A program made the translations under genes and the position numbers. The notes below the pieces were generated by a model. The model was not told where the DNA came from. It did no database searches and was given only the letters and a program-made list of their open reading frames with translations. Shown here one piece after another: positions 1 to 11,800 of a DNA stretch of 43,291 nt (positions within the stretch are counted from its first letter, which is position 1; each line of letters begins with the position of its first letter). Source of the DNA: Catajapyx aquilonaris (lineage: Eukaryota). The DNA lies in NCBI GenBank assembly GCA_000934665.2, contig JYFJ02003346.1, forward strand, positions 1-43,291, read 5' to 3'.

Positions 1-136
1 CACATGCAATATGCTCCATGTCACTGGTATGCCCACATTGTATAGCCATAATTATTGCAAAGGTTACTACTAAATCAATGAGTCACTCCTATGGAAATGT
101 CTTTCATAACCCGAGCAACGCCGGGTATCCTGCTAG
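1..136 (+). mobile_element. Helitron 3' terminus (element extends left beyond the window)
   Basis: Subterminal hairpin ACCCG-AGCAACGC-CGGGT (109-126) followed by ATCCTG-CTAG|T (CTAG at 133-136). This is the canonical Helitron 3' signature. Confidence 0.7.
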
Positions 137-2495
137 TATTACTATATGACCGTACAGTATGATGTTTGTCAAGACACATTTTAGTAACACCCGGATTTGA
201 ATTTTGAGTGCTAATGATTGCATATCATTTATTCAAAAGCTGATATGACAACATGGCCTGTTTTCCCCCCAACTAACCTCCTGAAAACTTGGAGAGTGGG
301 AGCGCTGCATGTGTTTCTAACAATGCAGTAGTATTGTTTTCTCTGCTACCCTTTCTCCTTATTTAAAACTGATTAGGGGAGTGTAAGGTTGTAGAAGATT
401 GGTTTTTATTGTATCCTACAAAGCACTTTATTCAGGGGGCTTTGTCCAAGAAGTGAGGAGGAGGAGGAGGAGGGTTGTCTGGAAGTATATGAGATCCCAA
501 TAATTCAGTGATATCTGCTGTACGAAGAGTGAAAACGCAGGTATAAAATCACAGGCTCGAATTGTATACGCAGTTCGAGTCCAATAGAGGAATAACTTTT
601 TTTTTTTCGTGTGTCACAAATAACAATACATATAATTATGACATAAAACACAGGGAAAAAAATTCTTACGACATATTTAAAAAAAACTGAGCTACTGTTG
701 CAAACAAGTGGGTATAAATGTCTTGGTTAATGGGACCACTTCAACTACTTGTATTGTGTATTTATGTTGCTAGTTTCCTGTGTTTCATGCGTAACAATAA
801 CTACCATCATATTAACATACTGTATATTAACATCTCACACTTGCACTTTGTTGCTCACATACACACGCACATCACTCGCAAGACAAGTTTTCAGTCCTAT
901 GACTCGAGTATCTGAAAAATATTATTATTATTTTTTTGTTGCTCACTTGCAAGTTAGAAAATCCAAAACAGTAGAGAATATCCCACTTCCCATCGTACAT
1001 AATGTAACTTAAAAACTCATGGGGTCAGATTGGGGGGGGGGGGGTATAACCAGTTGGGATCCACTAAAAATTGTGACTTTTTTTTTGAGAGAGATCCCAA
1101 CCTCAGGGATGCAATGGCCAAAATCTAGCCCTCTTGGCTCATCAAATGATTCCAACTGTCCGGCCAGGACCACAGCATTTGCATTTTAAAGAAATTTAAT
1201 TACTGCACTTTTTTTACAGCTTCAACATTATTCATACTTTGGCTATTAAATACACGAAAAAACTGTTTTCAGATTTGTACACTTTCCCACGCACTTCTCT
1301 TCAATACAAGATGTGCTGAAGGACTCTGTAATCATTTGATGGCAGTAACTGAACGTAACATCACTTAACCCTCTCAGAAAGTGTGACCATATAAAGCACA
1401 TCTTGTCACTTTTTTTTAAAACCAGTTTGAATAACCAATATCTTCCAATAATTATGACAATGACGAGAAAGATAACCAGGCACCTGATGGTTTCAGGACG
1501 ATTTTTATTTTATTTATTTTTTGCAACTGAGTGGGTTAAACCGACTATTAGCACTAAAACACTGACTTATACATAATGTATCACATTCACAAACTTCAGA
1601 CGATTACCTCATGTTTTTTGTAAATTCGAACACCAGTAGCTTACGCACCATAGTTGCACTTCCGGTATCGCCTACCACAAGTGATGCAAATCAACATTAT
1701 TCTAATGGACGGCCTCATTTCGCAAGAAAGGCGTAAATAAATCCATCTCGTTTGCCTTTCTTTTCTTTTCTTCTTTCTCTTTTTTTTTTAAACATCACAT
1801 AACGTCTTGAAAGCCCTCTTGAAAAACAGTTCTTGGGGGGAAAGTTTTCCATTCATTTATAATCGTCCTACTTAAATATAGTATCACAACGCGAGAAGCT
1901 TGCAGCAAAAATTTCACCGCTTGTAGAAAAGACTAGACTTGTGCATGAAATAAACAAATAAACAAATAAACAAAAAAAACAAACCATCTTCTTTGAAGAC
2001 AGTCACTTTGATGGATGATGCGCGCATAAAAAAAATGTAGCTTCTGCAGCGAGTGGTTGGGGCTTCTTCAGGTTGAAGGGTTGGGGATGTCCTAGAGAAA
2101 ATATCTATCGGACAATTGAATTTGGTAGCACTAATGTGCAATGGTCGTGCAGAAACACACTCAGTCTTTTTTTTTGGTTTGCAGAACCCTCAATGGTGAA
2201 ATTTATAGCAATTTTTTTTAAAAAACCTTTTTGTATATATCGGTTGGATAACACAGCATATTATATAGAAAATTCTGCTAACATTCTTCTCTCGCCAAGT
2301 GTTACAGCCAAACAGTTTTTCGACTGCCTTCATAAATTGAACACACATTTTTTTCTGTTTTAACCATTAATCCAATGGTCCGTCAGACATTTTTTAAGCT
2401 TCCAGAACTTAATGTTGGAGGAGGAGAGTGTTGGGCAAATAAATACGGCGTTCAACAACTTGGGGGGGTTGATTTGGAGTCCACAAAATAGTAGC

Positions 2496-2879
2496 CTAGG
2501 AGCAGCCACACCGGTCGACGACCATGCCTGGCAGCAGACCGAAAATGATGTTGAACTCATTGTCAAAGTAGAGCATGGAGATTGGGGACATCTTCCTCGG
2601 GGCGCAGCATGGCCCGGCTGTCCCCGATGGGTTGGCCTGCTGCACGATGTGTGTGTGCGGGTACTTCTGCAGGAACACGTAGGGACATTCCCCTGAGCAG
2701 TAGTTGGCCTCGTACTTCTTTGGAGCAATGATCCAGTCCCAACCAAACTCCTCAAAGTCCACGGTCAGTGGGTACCGACAGCACCGAGTCTCAGAGGAAT
2801 TCTCATTGCAGTTCAATCCGATGGTGCGCTTCTTGCGGTACTTGCGGCCTTCCTGCATCAGAACCTCCACGAAAGGGAT
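2496..2879 (-). CDS. myo: Myostatin/GDF11-like exon 3 (furin site and mature cystine-knot domain)
   Basis: Acceptor cttttcag|ATC CCT TTC GTG GAG (IPFVE); RKKR; ends CGCS then TAG at 2496-2498. Confidence 0.96.
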   Translation of the reverse strand: MPFVEVLMQEGRKYRKKRTIGLNCNENSSETRCCRYPLTVDFEEFGWDWIIAPKKYEANYCSGECPYVFLQKYPHTHIVQQANPSGTAGPCCAPRKMSPISMLYFDNEFNIIFGLLPGMVVDRCGCS

Positions 2880-5800
2880 CTGAAAAGTTGGTCCTATACG
2901 ACTGTGGGCGCCAAAAGTGAACTCAAACTTACATGTGATTCTTCGCCCTGAGTGGGATCGGTGACGACCATCTTCCGGCCGTGCCTATCTTCCGCTCTAA
3001 TGACGATGCCCAGGTTGTCATGAGGCCTCCTGAACCACTCTTTGACCAGTCCTGTAGAGTTCAGACTGACCCATCCGCCTCGGTCCACCTTCAGCTGAAC
3101 CTTGGTGGACCGGATCTGGACCAGGAGAGGTGACTCTCCCTCAGGAGCCCTCATCACCCGGAATATGTTGATGACTATCACGTTGTCGTCGTGCAGCCTG
3201 GCCTGGTGGTGGTGCTGGTGGTGCTGCAGGTGCTGGTTCTGGTGCGGGGCCAGACCAGGAAGCACGTACAGCCACATCAGCGCCTTCAGCACCTTGTTCT
3301 GGGTCAGTCTTTCCGAAAACTTGAAGTATTGGACATCCAGTTCCTTTGACAGAGGCTGCATATTGGGATCTGCCAAAAGGACAACAACACGATGTTATTC
3401 AATAATGTGTCAACCCACAAAACAATGTCAAAGAATGTACCAAAAATGGACATTTTGCCAAATTACGTCTGAAAAATATTTTTCTCGTTTTCTTCAAATT
3501 GTCCAACGTTTTTTTTTTGTTTAAATTATTCAACCCCTTCAAATTCAGATCAACTTTGGAATAAGAAGATATGCGGGCCTGCATCACAAGGTTGCATACA
3601 CATGACGTCCCCATTTGATTACGGGTTATCTCCACATGGCAAAAGTGTGTTCGTTTGAAACGGTCGCTTTTACACACACGTGTGATTGACATGAAATTGG
3701 CACATCACAAATGTATGTACACTCCGTTAAGGTCGTTCAACTGAAGGGGACATTCGCGTGTCAATGGTGACAACGACCGATATAAATAATTATATATAGT
3801 CACATGGTATAAGCGATGCAAAACCTCATAATATCCCTAGACTTGCAGCCTTGCAAATTTATCGTCCCCGCAGACTCTATAAATATTCTTCCAACGTACC
3901 AACCGATAACCGATTTTTCTTTTTCTATACATACATACTGCACATTTGGGCAACACATTACAATAGTGCAATCACGCGGGCTGCAATTGGCACACAACAC
4001 TATATAGTCCACAGTTTAAGTAACTACGCTGGGGGTGATGATGCATCCAGCAGATAACCCTATTTCAATCCGCCCTTGATCCAACTTGATTTCAGTGTCA
4101 GTTATACTTATTGAAATGTAGGAACACATCCAAAGTCCCTCTGGACGTAGGTATATGTACTGTACTTGTAGTACTGTACAGAGAGAGAGATCCTGCGCGC
4201 ATATTACTTCAATTGCAACATCAGCCAAGGTCACCACCATTGACTATATCGTCCGGAGTAAATGGACTCGAACGCGAATTTTTACAGAAGGAGACCCCGT
4301 GAGTGATTGCCTGTGGTCAAATCGGTCATCCTCAGACTGGCCGTTACGTATATACTTGCTTGACTTTGGGTGCATCCCGAAAGTGTTTGGGAGGACTTTG
4401 GTCCGGCACTTGACTGCATGGAGAGGTTAGGATTATCGCATTCCTCGTATAAGGAGGAGAACGGGGTGGTGGGTGGTTGGGTGTAAAGAGAGAAGAAGGA
4501 AAAGAAGGAAAAAAAAGAGCTGCACATTCACATCACGAGGAAATGAAATTAACGTGTTTATCGTCCGCTTGCAAAGTTCATTGGCGTGCAGCATCACGGT
4601 GCACTAATTTTTTTTAAGCGGCAAAAGGAAATGCGGGGGCGTCTGGTTATCTCATTGCACTTTTCTGAGAGGCATTTTGACAACAAATGGATGCGACCCT
4701 TTTTTTTCTTTCTTCATCATCATAGAGCACACCTCCAGAGTGCAACTGTAGGGGGTGCCACAGTTGGCAAGTGATATTTCCGGTGCATGCATAACATCTG
4801 AGTACATGCCAAGTGTCTCCCCCTTCCTTTTATCTCTCGGTTCTGATGTAACGAGGATACTTGTTTCACACGTTGTAGCAGATTAGGCTGCCCCCCAAAA
4901 AATAATGCGAGGAAAACACTACAGCAGGTAATTTTTTATATATATATAAATTGCATTTTATGATCGGAATGAATCGTTTCTCCCCCAGCGACAACTGACA
5001 TGGCCATGGTCGAAAAAGAACGTAGCAACACGCAACAGTGTGTTTTATATATTGAGCTGATATAGTTTGTCTTAAGGCGAGAGGCCCTAGATCTTTGAAC
5101 CTTTATATCGTGGTTGTGTCAAAGGTCCTCTGGGACCTGCATGACCATACATCTAGTTTCTGCTTTTTCTTTACGGTCTCTGTGCAGATGAATCACATTG
5201 TGATTAATGAGCACTGTATAAGGTGTGTACAACATGAATGATTAATCAAGGAAATGTTTGCGATAGTACATTACACAATCTCCGATAAACGAGAGTGTAA
5301 CCTTAATGAACAGTCTTCTTCATATTGTGGCATTTTCGTTCATGCAATTACTGCAAGTACTGTACTAGTGCTGCACTAACCTATAACAAAATATCTCGAT
5401 TGCATAGTGGAAATGTGGATTTTAGATACAGGAACGTATGCTGTGTAATTCATCCTTCACCTCAATTTTAAGGTCCAATATTGGTCCAAATTCAATTAAC
5501 ATATTATTACCTCTAAGGTTAATGAGAGATGGTCTGAAACAGTGCAGAAAATATGATCACAACCAGAATAACTTATATTTTACAGGCTATATCGAGACTA
5601 GCTTTATGGTGCACTAAAAGTGGGCGTCCATACATATTAATTTATTAGTTATTATTTTGAATGAGTAAAATTCAGGTGTACGTACGTCGATTAATTTCAA
5701 GTAGGCTAATATTTATGCACATCTTGTTGGCCATTATTCCACTTTTAAAGCTCGTAATGCATTACATCAGCATAATAAATGTGTCAAGGAGGACCTGTCA

Positions 5801-8800
5801 CACGTTAAAAAATAGTGTTTCTAGGTGTGTCTATTCTATCGTGAGTATATATACATATATACGTGCCGAATGAGGCCACACCGATTTTGAAGAAGAAGAA
5901 GAAGAAAAAAAGTGTAAGTACATACAAACTTAAATATATCTTTCGGAGATAAAAGTATAGTGCATAGGAGACCCCAAGATGTTGTCTCGGGCTATCGGTG
6001 TGTAAGCGGCCGGAATTGGAAATGTTCGTATAGTAACCGGCTTTTGAGACAGGCACGAGCCTACGTAACTTATCACGCGTCCACGTCCATTTGCACTATC
6101 ACTTTCCAATGTCACAGGAGCAACCTTTTCAACCAGATGACCATATTAAATATATTATTATAACTATAATACATGTCAATAATAATTGCGTCGCAAACAT
6201 GTCCGGATAATTATTATTTTTTTGAAATTTTCCATGTGGATATAGCTGTGCAATATGTGCTCAGCAGGTGCACAGTTTATTTGCGTAAATATCCGCGATT
6301 GCCTCACACATTCAACAATATTTGAGCAGTATTTACTCATGGTGCAGTATCAAGTCGGACTTTAATGTCGGGTGCATCGAACAGAGTCATAAAGGGCGTT
6401 ATCCTGAAAGAATAGTAACCCAACAAGCATGTGACGTGTCATCAGCAGGCCACTGACTCAAACGCAGGAAAAGCTTTCTATATATTGACGAGTCCCTATC
6501 GGCGGTTCCTTCGAGATGCTGCTGAGTTATTATTAACGTGTTACTAAGGTGAATCATAAGTTTTATATGCTGCATTTTATTTATATCTCCGCCATGGTCT
6601 TTGGACAGACACGTATGGTGGTCACTAGGATGTGCTGTCTGGATCTCTTTTTGGCCATGTCCTCCTTTGTGTGAGGCTGAAGAGGCGAGACATTGGATTG
6701 TCCAGACAGGGTGTCGGGGAAGATATAGGCCGACCCAATAACTAAAGTTCATACCCGACAGGCTAGCCCTTAAGTTCCACAAGTGCCTAAGGCAGCCAGC
6801 ATGTCTCATTGCCTCATCGTCGTACCAATAAGTGCGGCCAAGTTACATAATACCCGTCGCATTAGCTGACCTGGCTGCAGCATATCATATACGGAACTTG
6901 CATACTATACTACAGCCATGTTACTATGTGGGCCAGTGACATAATCGTACTATGTAATACTATGTGATAGGCAGTGAACCAGTTGGAATCGAGGTGAAAA
7001 CCTGCTTGCTTCAGCATAACACAGCTTGAGAGAGACTGACCTCCTCCTGTGAACGTCCTGCATGTGATTGAACTCTGGAGATTCACCCGGCAATGAACCC
7101 GAATTATCTAAGGGGTGTGCAGCAAGCACATGGTCCTCACCATACATGGAGGAATGACCCTGAAGCCCTCGCAAATGCAGACTCTAGCTACAACAATATA
7201 AATGTATAAGGGGGGGTACTGGGAGGTCAACCGAATTGTGAGGACAACAGGGAGACCCGGTCATACAAGTCTGCTCGCTCATCACACGGCCAAAGCCTCC
7301 TTATCCGCTGGACAATGACACTGATGCTGTGCCATCACTTTAGCAAGGCAAGACCCCCAAGGAGGGGTGCTCGAATTGCATATGTGCATCAAGGCCAGCA
7401 GACCCCGATTTGGCAGATGCCATCTGCCCAGCTGATCTCTTCCGCTGAAGAAATGACAGACACAAAATGACAGAAATATTTCAGTCCCCATTGGCAATGT
7501 GTCCGAGCATCATTGGGGAAGGTCATCTCGGTGCAGAATCCGGGGCGAAATGACCTGGGTGACCCCTAGGGGCAGCAGGGTCACCCACCGGTGCAGTGCA
7601 ATTAGCGGCATCCTCAGGGGCACTTGCTCTCCACCGCTGCAGAGGTCACACCGTGTTCACGTGCCTCCAAAAAGCATCCTTGACGTCAAATCAGCGAGAC
7701 TTTGTCATGTAGATGGCCCCTTCAACAGCTACTTAGCCATCATATTTTTGGCTTGAGGAAATGGCAACAAGTTATTGCAAAGTGTTTGTTCCGAAGATCG
7801 CTGATCCCGAAGGCACTGTTGTACTTGGCACTTTTCAATAAATTGTTGAAGGCCGCTTACCTCCCCTCGTGAACCTTGTGGAATTTTAACCATTCCTATA
7901 ATTCCTCCACTCGTCAGTTGCACTCTGTGTGTATCTTGTTGGAATTGGCAGGGTGAAAATATGCAGAGTGCATGCTGTAAAGGACCTGTAAAAATTCGCA
8001 GGAGGCCTGTGGGTGCAAAACCTTGGTCTAAAGATATTGCAGCCCTTTTCTGGTTTTCTGAACCAGCTGTAGCGACACATGTTGTTTTTCTACATTGTTA
8101 CAAACGTGACGCAGCCAAATTGCAGTGCAGTTGCAGCATTATTTTATCGAGGCATACTGTTAGTCATATAAGAATATGCATACACCTACAATAATTGTCA
8201 TAATACATGATAATTGACACTTTGCTATATAGCACATCTTCGCATTAGGTCCGAGAGAGCAGTGTAACAGTAAGCGCCATTCCATATATGAACACCGATG
8301 ATGACATAACCTCAGCATCCCTTTTGTTGTGTAATTATTAAGAGACAAATTCATAGATATGGGTGGGCGTCAAAATAAAACAAATTTAACATTTGATGTC
8401 GTCTACATAATTGCGAAAGTGTAGTTCATACGCACGTGTGGTGACGAGTGTGACACTGATAATAATTTCTCACGATATAGAGGAGTTATTTATGGCAATC
8501 AAGTTTTACGCCATAGTTATGCTTTTATTGCGTACAGTTTAAAGATGAAGTCATCCATTAATATACCCCAACCACTGCAATATTGTGGTTAACAGGCACA
8601 GTAGTAATGGTATAAAAAGACAAAAAAAATGATCACAATCGCATCATTTAGGTCGCAATAGCGCACTTTATGATGGTCGTCAGTTGCCTGATAGTGCAAT
8701 AATTACAATCCAGTATTCTAGAAAAATTATTCCTTAAAGATTAATGCAAGCATCAAACTTTAAACCCTCAGGAGATTCGATGCTTAGCATGTATTTTTAG

Positions 8801-11800
8801 ATCGATAAAATTGTAACTATCAATCATTTGGGGGGTCCAAAAAAGGGATAAAGTCAGCAGAGAAACATTTCTCCCAAATATTGTCTATAATAGTCTTGAC
8901 GAGCTGTTGCACCACATTTCACTGGAATTCCAGTTGCACCAATGATTGCTGATAGTAAGCAATGATCAACATTTGTAGCTATGAACAAGCCAATAGTGAT
9001 ACAATGTCATACCAGGCTATATACTGCATTTTTCTCAAAGCGCACTTTATGATCCTTGAACCACTTGCAGTGACCCTTGCATTGCCTTCTAATCAAACTC
9101 TGTCGTTTGAATAATGATCCCACACTTTGAATTCGACGCAAAGGAAATTATTCAGGTTGCATATTTTGGATGGTGGGGATGACCCCTCGGCTGGACATGA
9201 CATGTGCCTTGTCGTCTACTTTACTCAAGTACACATCATTGCGTGGCCAGCCAAGGGCCAGGGCCTGCCTTATCAAATTCAGATGAAGAACCCCCTCATG
9301 TTCAAGGCCGAATGCACATGTGATGACTGCTCCGCGATTCTGCCCGACAACAACAGTTTTTCTCATCTTGAGACTCTCCTAGAAACATATATGAGCGATA
9401 AAGGTCAGCCCGGTATACGGAGACGACAAGCGTACACACACATCGTGTATATATTTACAACTTGGCTGCAGATGTCAGTGCAACAACATACTGCAACTTC
9501 GCCAGCTGGAAAATTTCTTCACCTTTCATCCCCCACAAAGTTGCTTGCAACTATGTGAGTGTGTATTTCAAGAGCCAACCGGAACTACTAGGTCCGATAA
9601 AAAAAAAGAAGTCATGAGATGCGAGATTACTTACGCCATTATATTGTATTGTGCAAAAAAAAAAAAATTGTGCACGTTATCATAGTGAATGCCCTTTTCA
9701 GGACATGTTGATGCAGAAGTAGTGAACTTGTACCTATGGTTAGTGTATATTGTTGTCATGGAATCCTATGGAATATGGAGCAACTTAGGGATGATTATGA
9801 TAGGTTATGATAGTTGACATAGCTGAAGGTTCAGCAGTTATGGCTTGTTAACTACAGTAAGCTATACCTGGCTCCGAAAATATGGGCTGCTAACATTGCG
9901 CCCTGCAGTTATGCAACCTGCAATCAGGTGACCAATTCCGGGTTGCTTATATTCCAGGATAAAGCAATTCCATTCAGTACAAACTATATAATATTTAACA
10001 AACAAAAAAAATGCCATCCAGTGAATCACACTTCACGTGAAAGGCCTGTCGATAAAAATCTAAATAATGCAGCCCCCCCCCCCCTCAAAAAAAACGAGAC
10101 ATTGTGTGCACGCATTAATTAATGTCTCGCAAAGCTGTGACATAATGACTGAAGCCTTCAAAGTGGGCCGAGGGCATCCGAGAGTTTTTATCGCTGCACA
10201 TAACCGAACGCCCTTTGACTTTCGAGTGAAACCTTTGCCACTAAATGCTAAGGAAAAGTCAGAAGCATGTGTGTGTGTGTGTGTGTGACTTTTGAAGAAG
10301 GCTGCGGACAGGGTGGAGGAAGACGGGGGGGGGGGGGAGGAACTCGGGCAATGGCTTTCAAAGTCATGTCAGTGATCGACGATCCTTGCAACTCACGAAG
10401 GACGAATAGTTTCTGGCTTGAGGTGACTTCTGATAAAGAGGAGGGGAAAAAAAGTGCAATGACACGGAATTGATTTTCTTCAAGTTTGGGTTAGACTTAC
10501 GTAAGGGGCATGTACTATTACATAACAATGGTGCAATGAGAGTTGATGTAATAAGAATATAATTATATACATCACAGATTTTTCAGTGCAATTCGAAAAG
10601 GCAATCACCTCTGTGTCTGTCACTCTTGATTGCATCCGAGACCTGTCTGCGCCTTTCGGTGATAAGATAGCAAGGACATGTTATTTTAAGGAGAACTATT
10701 TCAAATTTTCTTGCCGCGCCTTTTTTCCTATCTGAATATTGCTACTATAACATGGGTCAGAGGCAAATGATATTCAAGATGAATACTGCCGCTGGAACGA
10801 GCGCTTGAACACTGCGCAAAATAATTGATATCGACACGTACAGCATAAAAAGAGTCAGCTGGTGTGATAGCAAGTGAACCATGACTAATAAGTGGCTGAA
10901 ATCTTAAACTATCATGACAATTACGTCCGATTGTGTCATATGCCAGACTATCTACTGCAGCCTACACGTCAGAATGAAAAAGGCATTTAAAAAAAAGTAA
11001 CACATGAGTCATACGAAATGGAGGTGACTAGGCATATATATTTGATATCCTTTCTATGAAACACTATCTAAGTTGCTTTTTGGTGAAACAATAGCGTGTG
11101 GCACGAGGCTAATATGTGATAAAATTATGGGCTGTTCTGTTCCGCTGCGTATTACTTTTTTTCAAATTAAAAAAAAATGACTTCATAACCAACCAACGTG
11201 ATAAAAGCTATACAATTGGCAATGCGCATATGAAACTACGAAACATTATTACTGTTCATATGACAACCTAAAGTAAATCTTTCTGCTGCAGTGTAACAGA
11301 TAGTGCAGAATGTACATTTTGGTCATATTTTACTGTATGTGATAAGTTTTCTTTTAAAAAAGTTGTCTTTACTGATGGTGATGCACATAATAAAAATGTA
11401 GGTACATTTCAAGTCCGTATTCGGAAAGTTGGGATTAGACCAACTCTGGCATGAAGAGGCGTAACAAGATGACGTCACAAATTGACAATGCTCATTGCAT
11501 AGAACCTGACGTGCATCTTTATAATGCACCCGAGCGACATAAGTATGAGGAAGTGCACGAGGCAGACACATGTTGCATTATTATTGCAGTGTCACATGTG
11601 GGATGATTATGCTGATGGGCATCCTTTTAAGTACTTAACGTGCTAATCGGCCAGAATAAAATAATGAAAGGTTTAATATTGAAAGTCGGGAATGTTTCTA
11701 TGATACTTGGCACTTACATATAAGCAACCTAGAAATGTTTTAGACGAAGAATATTTAGTTTTGATGTGTAACAAGAGCAGGTTTTTTTCCCCCCACTGTA

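Noticed and set aside
571..582. GTTCGAGTCC Pol III B-box-like motif
   Set aside because: No A box or cloverleaf at the proper spacing, so not called a tRNA or SINE.
7446..7480. CTGAAGA...GAAA hammerhead-like core
   Set aside because: The intervening sequence cannot form helix II.
9148..9378. Minus-strand 72-aa ORF with an upstream acceptor-like TTTCTAG in myostatin intron 1, overlapping a 143-aa plus-strand ORF
   Set aside because: No recognisable domain. Splicing from exon 1 (phase 1) would create T+GA, an immediate stop.
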